DNA of 64,000 nucleotides, taken from contig NC_086097.1 of the NCBI RefSeq assembly GCF_963921235.1, positions 253,334,001 to 253,398,000 of the forward strand. Direction: 5' to 3'. Shown here piece after piece: positions 39,060-50,094 of this stretch. A program made the translations under genes and the position numbers. The stretch is from Mobula hypostoma. Taxonomy: Eukaryota. Under the pieces are notes generated by a model that saw only the letters and a list, made by a program, of their open reading frames with translations, searched no databases and was not told where the DNA came from. Positions within the stretch are counted from its first letter, which is position 1. Each line of letters starts with the position of its first letter.

Positions 39060-39350
39060 GAGTGAGGAGCTTGCCACTGCCAAGATTTGCACGTATACAC
39101 CTGGTATGTGAGGCCACCATTGCCAAGGTTCGCGCGTGCATTCACGTGGTCCCGGAGCCCGTCGAGGCTAATGGGCATGTGTGTTCACCTGGTACGTGAG
39201 GCTGCCATTGCCGAGGGTCATGCACGTTCACGCAGAACATGTACCCACCATTGCAACGCGCATGCAGTACGGGAACATGCCATTGCCAAGGGGTACGGAA
39301 ACCCATTATTGCTAACGGTCACACACATTCCCGCAGTACAAGAGTCCATT
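39060..39350. repeat. Degenerate ~40-bp tandem repeat related to the UQCRB promoter repeat
   Basis: Recurring GCCATTGCCAAGG and TTCAC(C/G)TGGT motifs, about 6-7 units. Confidence 0.7.
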
Positions 39351-39894
39351 GTCAGCATCTCCCCTCCCTCGAAACTCCCCTTCCCCACTGAGCGACCCTC
39401 GAAAGCCCTCCCAGTGCACAATTTCAGAGGTTCACCACCCTGTGTCTCCTGACCCCAATCTTACGTGCCCTACTGAGAAGGTGACCCCTCACTGCTGGAA
39501 ACTTCCTCCCTGTACGGCTCTGCAAGAATCTTATTCTTCATAGGAGTTTGAGGAGGTGTGGCATGTCACCAGAGTAGCAAGTTTCCACAGATGTACTGGG
39601 GAGAGCATTCTAATTACAGTACGGAAGGGTCACTGCACAGGATCGGAAAAGCTGCAGAGAGTTGTAAACTCAGCCAGCTCCATCACGGGCACCAGCCTCC
39701 CCACCATTGAGGACATCTTCAAAAGGCAACGCCTCAAAAAAGTGGCATCTATCCTCTTCTCATTGCTACCATCAGTGGGGAGGTACAGGAGCCTGAAGAC
39801 ACACTCAATGCTTTAGGAGCTGTTTCTTCCCCTCCACCATCACATTTCTGAATGCACAATGAACCCATGTGCGCTGCCTCGCATTTTTCCAAAC

Positions 39895-41360
39895 AGAAGA
39901 GATTCGGAAGATGCTGGAAATCCAGAACAACACACACAAAGTGCTGGAGGAACTCAGTAGGACAGGCAGCATCTATGGAGGAGAACAAGCAGTCATTATT
40001 TTGGGCTGAGGCCCTTCATCAGGACTGGAAAGGAAGGGGGAAGTTGCTAGAATAAGAAGTTGGGGGATGGGAAGGAGGACAAGCTAGAAGGTGATAGGTG
40101 AAGCCAGGTGGGTGGGGGAGGGGTTTGGTTAGAAGGTGGGAAATGATAGGCGGAAAAAGTAAAGGGGCAAAGAAAAAGGAATCTGATAGGAGAGGAGAGT
40201 GTACCATAGGAGAATGGGAAGGGGGAGGGACACCGGGGCAAGGTGATAGACAGATGAGGAGAAGAGGTAAGAGGAGGGCTCAGAGTGGGGAAATTGAAGA
40301 GGGTTTTGGGGGGGGGGGAAATTACTGGAAGTTATAGAAATTAATGTTCATGCCATCAGGTTGGAGACTACCTAGATGGAATATGAAATGTTGCTCCTCC
40401 ATCTTGGCAGTGGCCTCATTCTGGCAGAAGGGAAGACCATGGAACGACATATCAGAATGGGAATAGGGATTGGAATTAAAATGGCTGACCACTGGGGAAT
40501 TCTGCTCTGCGTGGATGGAGCAAAGGTGCTCGACAGCATGGTCCACCAGTCTACGTGGGTTCACAAGTGGAGACAGGACTGCATCCGGAGCACGGGATAC
40601 AAGAGACGATCCCAGAAGATTCACCTGGTAGGACTGTTTGGGGCCCTGAATGGTGGTGAGGGAAGGACATGAATGTGCAGGGATAAGTGCCAGGAGGGAG
40701 ATTAGTGGGGAGGGATGAAAGGTATCATGGAGGGAGCGATCTCTGTGGAAAGCAGAGAGTGGGAAAAGGAGGTGAAGATGTCTTTGGTGGTAGTGCCCGG
40801 TTGAAGATAGCAGGTTCTTGTTCCCATTCTGACACATCGGTGCATGGACTCTCCTACTGTAAACCTGGAGCAAAACACACAAAGTGCTGGAGAAACTCAG
40901 TAGGTTAGGATATGATGAGGCCACTCCCAGGTTGGAGGAGCAACATCCCATATTCTCTCTGTAGCCTCCAAACTGATGACATGAACATTGATTTCTCCAA
41001 CTTCTGGTAATTGACCCCCCCATCCCCCTCTTCTTCAATTCTCCTCTTACTCTCTTCTCCTTTTGTACCCATCACCTCCCCCTAGTGCCCCTCCTCCTTC
41101 CCTTTCTCCCATGATCCACTCTCCTCTCTTATCAAATTCCTTCTTGTACAACTGTTTACCTTTCTCACACACCTTGGCTTTATCTATCACCTTCCCCATC
41201 TTTTTATCTTGGCATTTTCCAGTCCTGATGAAGGGTCTTGACCCAAAACATTGACTGTTTATTCCTCCCTATGGATGCTGCCTGACCTGCTGAGTTCCTC
41301 CAGCATTTTGTGTGTGTTGCTCTGGATTTCCTGCATCTGCAAAATCTCTTGTGTTTTTGA
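39895..41360. mobile_element. Penelope-like element with inverted structure and a terminal repeat at each end
   Basis: GIY-YIG region remnants on the minus strand to about 40800, the same region restarting on the plus strand near 40815; hammerhead remnants at 39990-40027 (-) and 41220-41257 (+). Confidence 0.8.
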
Positions 41361-41886
41361 TCTTCTTCGAGTGATCCAGTTCCATAACTCTAGTTTGCTA
41401 ACAGTCTAGCCCGGTCTGAAGCAATAGCTGGTGATGGGGTGGGGGGCTATGAGGAAGGTAGCCTCTGGTGAGGTTCAAAGACATGGTTTCTGTTTTCCAG
41501 ATATTCATCTACAGCACGGCTTCCCAACCTTCTTTATGCCATGGACATTAACTGAGTGGTCTATGGGCCGCAGGCTGGGAACCTCTGATCCAGAGGAAGC
41601 TGCTGCAGGTTACAGTGGCTAGATTTCATTAGCAGTTGGAGAAGATTTTGTTTGGGGTCACCTAATATACTCAAACCTCAATAGATGCAGCATGAAGAGC
41701 ATTCTGATAGGCTGCGTCAATGTCTGGTACGCAAAGGACCGAAGTAAGCTGCAGAGAGTTGTAAAATTAGGCAGCTCCATCATGAGTACTAGCCTCCGTA
41801 GTATCCAAGACATCTTCAAGAAGCAGTGCCCAAGAAGGGTGGCGTCCATCACTATGGGCTCTCATCACCCAGGACATGCCCCCTTC

Positions 41887-44800
41887 CCTTTCTTTATCAA
41901 TCTTTTTGTTAATTTTTAAAAAGTACATATATACAGGAGAATTATCTCAAATATCTATATAGATAACAATACATATAAAAGGTAAAATAAACATTATCAA
42001 GATCATACATAGTATTAATCTGATAGTATATAATACAAATAAGATCATCAATTCTCCTCTTATCATTTCATAAAAAGAAAAAAAGATAAAGAAACTTTTA
42101 TAATTTTATATATATAAAAAACCCCACTATTCTCTATAAACAAAAACAAAAAATAAGAAAAATAAAAAAAAGGGGGACTGGGTAGCCCATACTGAGAGTA
42201 AAAGCAAGAAAAAAGATAAACTTTCTGATCAAATCCAAAGTTTCGAGAAAGTAACTGGAAGAGCAATAAATCAAACCGTATGAAAATATTGAATAAAAGG
42301 TCGCCAGGTTTCTTCAAATTTAAAGGATGTATCAAATGGCCGACTTCTTATTTTCTCTAAACTTAGACAAGATATAATGGAGGAAAGCCAATAAAAAACA
42401 GTAGGTGGATTAGAGTCCTTTCATTTAAGCAAAATGGCTCTCCTAACCAATAAAGCTGTAAAAGCCATCATCCGTTGAGTGGAAACAGGACCATATCCTG
42501 CTTCTAGTGGAACGATCCCAAAAATTGCTGTAAATAAATTCGGTTGTAGGTCCAAATTCAAGACTTTGGTAAAGTTTTAAAGACATCTTTCCAAAAATTA
42601 TCTATCTTGATACAAGACCAAAACATATGAGTTAAAGTATCCACCTCAATATTACATCTGTCGCAAATAGGATTAATATTGGGAAAAATATAGGCCAATT
42701 TATCCTTTGACATGTGTGCCCGATGTACTACTTTGAACTGTATCAAGGAGTGACGGGCACATATAGATGAGGTATTTACCAAATGAAAAATTTTATCCCA
42801 TTGGTTATCTGAAAGTGACTCTCAAAATTCCAGTTCCCACACACCTTTAATTTTATTGTTAGATACCTTTTACAAATTCAATAACCATTTATAAATTATA
42901 GCTATCAGTCCTTTTTGAAATGGCTTAACCTGAAAAAGAGTATCTATCTTATTGGGTGGATAAGCAGAGGGAAAATTTGGAAGTAAACTACGTAAAAAAT
43001 TCTTAATTTGTAAATATCTGAAAAAGTGTGCATTAGATAAGTCATATTTGTCCACTGAGTGAAAGACATTAAACAATCTCCCATAAACAAATCTTAAGAA
43101 GTTATTATTCCTTTGGTTTTCCAAATTAAAAAGGTCTGGTCAGAAATTGATGGTTTAAAAAATAATTAAGATGGATTTTACGAGAAAGAACAAAGTTATT
43201 AAACTCAAAAAATCTACAAAACTGAAACCAAATTCTTAATGTATGTTTCATAGTGGGATTGAGGTCTCGACTACCAATCTTAGAAAGCAAAAAAGGAAGA
43301 GCTCCCAGTAAAGAGGCCAAAGAATACCCCTTCACCGAGTTTTTCTCCAAATCCACCCATAAAGGACAGTCATGTATGTCTGAATAATGAATCCAAAACA
43401 AAATATATCGAATATTAATTGTCCAGTAATACATTCTAAAATTTGGCAAAGCCACACCACCATGCTTTTTTAATTTCTGCAATAGAGGTTTACTCAATCT
43501 AAGATTTTTATTATTCCAAATATAAGATAAAATTTTAGAGTCTATTCTATCAAAAAACAGTTTAGGAACAAAGGAATGGATTGCTTGAAATACATACAAG
43601 AACTTCGGTAGCACTATCATTTTAATAGCATTAATTCAACCAATTAAAGATAATGTCATAGGAGACCATTTAGAAAGTATTTGTTGCGTGTATTCAATTA
43701 ATGGAAGAAAGTTATATTTATACAGGTCCTTAAAATTTTTGGTAATTTTAATACCAAGATAAGTAAAGTTATTTTTAGCAATGCTAAAAGGAATTTGATC
43801 ATATTGATCCAAATGGTTATTAATAGGAAATAACTCACTTTTGTGCAAATTTAATTTATATCCAGAAAAACAACTAAATTCAGAAAATGTAGATAACATA
43901 GAAGGAATAGATTTCTTAGGATCTGAAATATAAACTAACAAGTCATCTGCATACAATGAAACCTTATGCACTTTATCTCCTCTCTTAATACCTTGAACAT
44001 TGTTGGAGTCCCAAAGAGCAATAGCAAGAGGTTCGAACGCCAGATTGAATAACAGCGGACGAAGAGGACAACCCTTCCGGATGCCTCTGTATAGCCTAAA
44101 ATAAGGAAATTTTTGATTGTTAGTTATAACTGCCACCATAGGAGCTTGATCCAGGAAATAAAACTTAATCCAGGAAATAAAACCTGGACCAAAATTAAAT
44201 CTTTCTAAAACCTCAAATAAATAAGACCACTCAACCCTATCAAAGGCTTTCTCTGCAACAAGGGAAACAACACATTCGGATTCTTTAGATGGAAAGGAAT
44301 GAATAATGTTCAATAATCTCTGAATATTAAAATATGAATATCTATTCTTAATAAATCTAGTTTGATCCTTAGAAATAACCTTAGGCAAAATATTCTCGAG
44401 CCTGTTAGCCAAAATCTTGGAAAGAATTTTAGAATCCACATTTAGTAAGGAAATTGGTCTGTAAGAGGCACATTCAGATAAATCTTTTTCTCTTTTGGGA
44501 TTTAATGAAATTGATGCCTCATAAAAAGTTTTCGGAAGGGTCCCAGAGGATATAGAATCAGTGAAAATCTGGCATAAATGAGGTGTAAGTATTTCAGTAA
44601 AAGTCTTTAAGACTAAGGAGCTGGTGGTAGACCTGAGGAGAGCTAAAGTACCGGTGACCCCTGTTTCTATCCAGGGGGTCAGTATGGACATGGTGGAGGA
44701 TTAAAAATACCTGGGGATATGAATTGACAATAAACTGGACTGATCAAAGAACACTGAGGCTGTCTACAAGAAAGGTCAGAGCCGTCTCTATTTCCTGAGG

Positions 44801-46370
44801 AGACTGAGGTCCTTTAACATCTGCTGGACGATGCTGAGGATGTTCTATGAGTCTGTGGTGGCCAGTGCTATCATGTTTGCTGTTGTGTGCTGGGGCAGCA
44901 GGCTGAGGGTAGCAGACATCTACAGGATCAACAAACTCATTCGTAAGGCCAGTGATGTTGTGGGGATGGACCTGGACTCTCTGATGGTGGTGTCTGAAAA
45001 GAGGATGCTGTCCAAGTTGCATGCCATCTTGGACAATGTCTCCCATCCACTGCATAATGTACTGGTTGGGCACAGAAGTACATTCAGCCATAGACTCATT
45101 CCACTGAGATGCAACACAAGAGTGTCACAGGAAGTCATTCCTGCCTGTGGCCATCAAACTTTACAACTCCTCCCTTGGAGGGTCAGACACCCTGAGCCAA
45201 TAGGCAGGTCCTGAACTTATTTCCTGGCATAATTTACACATTACTATTTAACTATTTATGGTATTATTACTATTTATTATTTGTGGTGCAACCGTAACAG
45301 GAACCAATTTCCACCGGGATCAATAAAGTATGACTATGACTATGACTAAAAATTCTACTGTAAATCCATCTAGTCCCAGAGCTTTACCTGATTGAAAAGA
45401 GGATATAGCTCTTGCTATTTCCTCTTGTTTAATAGGTGCATCTGATGTATTCATATCTTAAATAGAGATTTTGGGTATATTCAATCTTTGCAAGAATCTA
45501 TTCATAAAAGTAGTATTGTTTGGAAAATGAGATTTATAAAGGTTGGAGTAAAAATCCAGAAATAACTTATTAATTTCCTGACAATCTGACGTTTCAGTTC
45601 TATCAGTTCTTCGTATTTTCAAAATCTGCTTTCTAGCCATAGTTGCTTTAAGTTGACCAGCCAACAATTTACCTGACTTATCCCCATGTATATAAAATTG
45701 ACTTTTAGATTTCAAAAGTTGCTGCTCAATGGGAAAAGTCAAAAGCAGATCATGCTGTGTTTGAAGTTCCGCTCTTTCCTTTTATAGATTTTCACTAGGT
45801 GTTACTGAATAAAGTTTATCTATTTCCTTAATCCTGTTAGTAATCACTAAAAGTTCCGCTTTAGTTTTCCTTCTTAAAGCTACTGAATATGAAATTATCT
45901 GTCCTCTAAGAAAAGATTTCATCGCATCCCAAATATCCAAATTTGACATACCTTCAGTTGTATTTAAATCAAAAAAAAGAGCAATTTGCTCTTTAATAAA
46001 ACTTACAGATGTATGTAGCAGTGCAGCATTAAATCTCCACTGAGATGCATTCCATATATTATCAGGAAACTTCAGTATTAGTTTCGTGGGCACATGATCA
46101 GACAACGCAATATCATCATACGCAGTCAGCAACAAAAGGCACCAATCACGTATCCAACAAAAAATAATCAATTCTTGAATATTTATTATGTACATGTGAA
46201 AAAAAAAGAAAAATCCTTATCTTTAGGATGAAGAAATCTCCAAATATCGACCAAACCCTATTCTAGTAAAAAAGAATTAATACAGGTTGCAGCCACAGAT
46301 TGGTTGATGACCTATCAATCGAAGGATTGAGACAACAGTTAAAGTCACCGCCCATGATCAATTTATAGGG
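41887..46370 (-). mobile_element. 5'-truncated L1-clade LINE (fish type), decayed
   Basis: GGDFNC, SDHVP, YRPISLLNVD, AEKAFDRVEW, LYADD and C-terminal CDRC..HMFWSC; 12-bp TSD CATGCCCCCTTC at 41875-41886 and 46371-46382. Confidence 0.92.
44610..45347 (+). mobile_element. Rex1/Babar-type LINE 3' fragment inserted in the L1
   Basis: MLRMFYESVVASAIMFAVVCWG; AATAAAG(TATGAC)n tail; L1 frame GFTVEF|LKTF rejoins across it. Confidence 0.88.
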
Positions 46371-46879
46371 CATGCCCCCTTCTCATGTTACCATTAGGGA
46401 GGAGATACAGAATTCTGAAGGCACACACTCAATGATTCAGGAACAGCTTCTTCCCCTCTGCCATCCAATGTCTGAATGGACATTGAACCCATGGACACCA
46501 CCTCACTACTTCCTCAGTTCTGTTTTTGCACTACTTATTAAACTATTTAGATTAGATTCAGCTTTATTGTCACTGTGCCGAGTACAGATACAAAGCCAAT
46601 GAAATGCATTTAGCATCTGACCTGAAATGCAAAGAATAGTGTTATTTTATATATATACTCACTGTAACTTAGCTTGTTTTCTCTATATTTATTATGTATT
46701 ACATTGTACTGCTGCTGTAAAGTTTAAAACTGATATTGGAGAAACACTCTGAGCAATCAGGAGCAGTGGAGGGTGAGAGTGATGATAATAAATTGAAAGT
46801 GAAACATTTCAAAAGTAATTTATTAATAAAATAAAACCTCTGATCTCAAAACACAGACATTAACCAGAAAAACACATTC

Positions 46880-47537
46880 ATATCATATTCGATAGTGAAA
46901 GCTGGTGATGGGATCACTGGGGTCTCTCTCCCCTCCCCCTATTTGTGACATTTACTGGGTGCATTGCAAATGAAGAGCCCAAAGCATTTTTGAGGATCCT
47001 TACCACCCATCCCATAATCTCTCTGACCCACGACCATCAGGAAGGAGGTACAGGGGCATTGGGATTGGGACTGTCAGACTGGGTAACAGCTTCTTCCCTC
47101 AGGCTGTAAAACTAATGAATACCCTGCCACCAGTGAGGTCTCGTCACTAGGACAGCGAGATCTTCACTGTTTCACATGCATTTTGAATTATAGTTTATTA
47201 ACTTGTTTGTAGTAATATTTTGCTTTATGTACTGTGCATGGTATGTTTTGTGGGTGCACCGTGGTCCAGAGGAACGCTGTTTTGTTTGGTTGTAGGTGTA
47301 TCGTCTGACTGTACACTAAACTTGAAAGTCAGAAAAGCTGAAGAAAAAACTGAACGTGCAGACAAAACAAAACAACAGAACTTCCCGACTCAGTAAAGCA
47401 GCCGGCTGAATCAAAGACCCCACCCACCCCAGACATTCTCTGTTGTCCTGTCTCCCATCAACAGGGATTGGGAAGTGTATAATTTGTCCCAGAAACAGTG
47501 AGAGCAAGGGGGGGGGAGGAGAGAGAGAGAGAGAAAG

Positions 47538-47573
<36 letters not shown>

Positions 47574-48300
47574 TTCCTATGTCTTACTGAATATGTATAT
47601 TGTGGTGCATTCATCTCTTGTTCAGCAATAAGATCTTTCTAAAACTGGCAAAAATGTGGAAAGTGTTTAATAATTAATTGTAGGAAAGTTTAATTGATTT
47701 CACTGAGTATATTGGTTCCACAATGTAGTAACCTGCAGTAAAAATCTATAATCCTAGCAGAGTTTTCAGATGAAAATTATATTTACTTTTTCCTTCCCAA
47801 AGTATTATCAAACACATCTGACATTATGGCCGGGCACACTACAAATCTGGAAGTAGATAGTAAAAACTGCCGAGAGGATCACCGGGGTCTCTCTGCCCCT
47901 CTAGCTGTGACATGTTGTAGACGAAGGGCCTGAAGTATTATTGAGGATCCCTACCACCCATTCCACAGTCTCTCTGTCCCACTACTGTCTGGAAGGAGGT
48001 GCAGGAGCATTAGGACTGGGACTGCCAGACTGGGGAACGGCTTCTTGGCTCAGGCGGTGAGACTAATGAATACCCTGTCACCACCGAGGTCTCATCACTA
48101 GGACAGCGAGCTGTTTAGTGTTTACCTGTACTGAGCATTACATGCCTTTTAAATTAAATTTTATTAACTTATTTATGATAATTTTTTGTTCCACAGTGTG
48201 TTATATATGCATTAGGAGTGCACTATGGTGAAGAGGGACGCTGTTTCGTTTGGTTATATATTTGTAAAGTCCAATGGAAATAGACTTGAACTTGTTTATA
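46880..48300 (+). mobile_element. Two related ~450-bp Rex1-like 3' fragments in direct orientation (about 46880-47330 and 47850-48300)
   Basis: Shared GAGGATCC..ACCACCCAT, GGAAGGAGGT and CTAATGAATACCCTG blocks. Confidence 0.7.
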
Positions 48301-49240
48301 CAGGTTGAAGGTACAGACACAAACACGAGGAAATCTGAACGTCGCCTGTACCTCTTCCTATAGATGCTGCCTGGCCTGCTGCGTTCACCAGCATTTTTTT
48401 GCGAAGGTACAGGTGCAGATTGTGGAGTCGCTGCCTCACACAGCAGCCGGGCCTTAGTGCTGTCTGTGTGGAGGCTGCACGTTCTTCCTGTGACCCCCTG
48501 GATTTCCACACGTCCCAAAGACGTGTAAATTGGTAACTTAAACAATCACTGTAACTTGCTCCTACTGTGTCACCGGAAGGAAGGGTCTCCAGAGTCGTGT
48601 CAGTTGTGTTGTTAGGAATGAGAAAATATGTGACAGGGGAAATTATAAACAGAAGGGATTCTGCAGATGCTGGAAATCCAGAGCAACGCACATGTCCCCA
48701 CCATCACCCCCATCCATGCTGCCCTCCTGTGTTTGCTAAGTGGAATGAGACGGTGGACTGCATACGTGTTTGTCTGCAGACTGTTGAGAAATGCTTGCTC
48801 TTACCAATAACATCCATGTACCATTAATATTTTTTATATATAGTATTTCTGTTTTTTGCATGATTTTTAATCTATTTACTGCATAAAGTATACTGAATAA
48901 GATTTATTTAATTTTTTGTTTTTTCTTCTTCTACATTATGTATTGCATTGAACTGCTGCTACTAAATTAACATATTTCACATTACATGCCGGTGATATAA
49001 AACCGGATTCTGATTCTGAATTTACAGGACATGTAAATTATATAGATATTTGAGGGTCTGTTATGCTTACTGCTAACTTATACGTGTGTGTTCTGTGATT
49101 TGTACCCTAGCCCTGAAGTAACACTGTTTCACTTGGCTGTATTCACACATGGTTGAATGGCAATGAAACTTGCCCATAAAACTTTCAATGAAACTTGAAT
49201 TTCATGCAGATCAATGTATTTTGAAATCACACAGAAGAAC

Positions 49241-49435
49241 TTAGAGCATCTTTTGAAAAGTCTCAAAGTCTAGCAATGTAGCTTTTGCCAATGTCACACA
49301 GAACACGTCATCAGGCAGTACAGCCAGGTTTTCCAGTGAAACGTAGTTAGGCTGAGATGGGTCATACTGGGCCCGACCCAGATGTTCAAGAAACAGATGT
49401 CTGTCTTTCACTCTCAGAAACTTCGCATTGAAAAC
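49241..49435 (-). CDS. MTERF3: Mitochondrial transcription termination factor 3, last coding exon
   Basis: CCTGCCCTAG acceptor; [64 protein letters not shown]; matches the MTERF3 C-terminus. Confidence 0.96.
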   Translation of the reverse strand, partial: VFNAKFLRVKDRHLFLEHLGRAQYDPSQPNYVSLENLAVLPDDVFCVTLAKATLLDFETFQKML

Positions 49436-50094
49436 CTAGGGCAGGAACAGGAACCTTTTATTAGGTGCAGGAGTTCTCAAATAACAATTACACGAAGATC
49501 TGATATTTTGAATGCCCAATTTTCCCAATATTATTGACAATGCAACAGTATTAAATGGGAATACTCTCCAGTTGAACAGTTTCTAATATGCAAAGTAAAT
49601 CAACTCAAATTAAACATAATCAAATGAAATATTTATTGACAACTATACAAGTTGTGCTATGCTATTGATATTATTAGAGAAAAATCTATTTTTATCAAGA
49701 TGTTTATTATATTTAATTAAAATAATGTAAACTAAATGTGTATCTTGACTTTATAGAGAAAATATAACTTCCAGTCATCTGAAAGTGAACATTCAAAATT
49801 ATTTAGAAGAATAGCCCTCATTATAGGAAAGGTGTGGAATTTTTGGAGAGCGTGCAGAGAAGATTTACCAGGAGGCTGTCTGGATTAGACAGCATGTCTC
49901 ATGAGGACAGTTTAAGTGAGTTGGGGCTTTTCTCTTTGGAGTGAAGGAGGACGAGAGGCAACTTGATAGAGTGGATAGGCAGAGACAACAACCAGTCACC
50001 GAGAAGGATTCATTAGAAAGGACAAATAAAAATAACACAAGTGAGAGTGGAGCAGCCATTCCTTTGAGTGCCAGTGTTTAGAGTGGCTTTGACA

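Noticed and set aside
43636..44691. 351-aa reverse transcriptase ORF as a domesticated gene
   Set aside because: Fragment of a decayed L1; its N-terminus is antisense Rex1 sequence and motifs are mutated (for example IRKGCPLRP)
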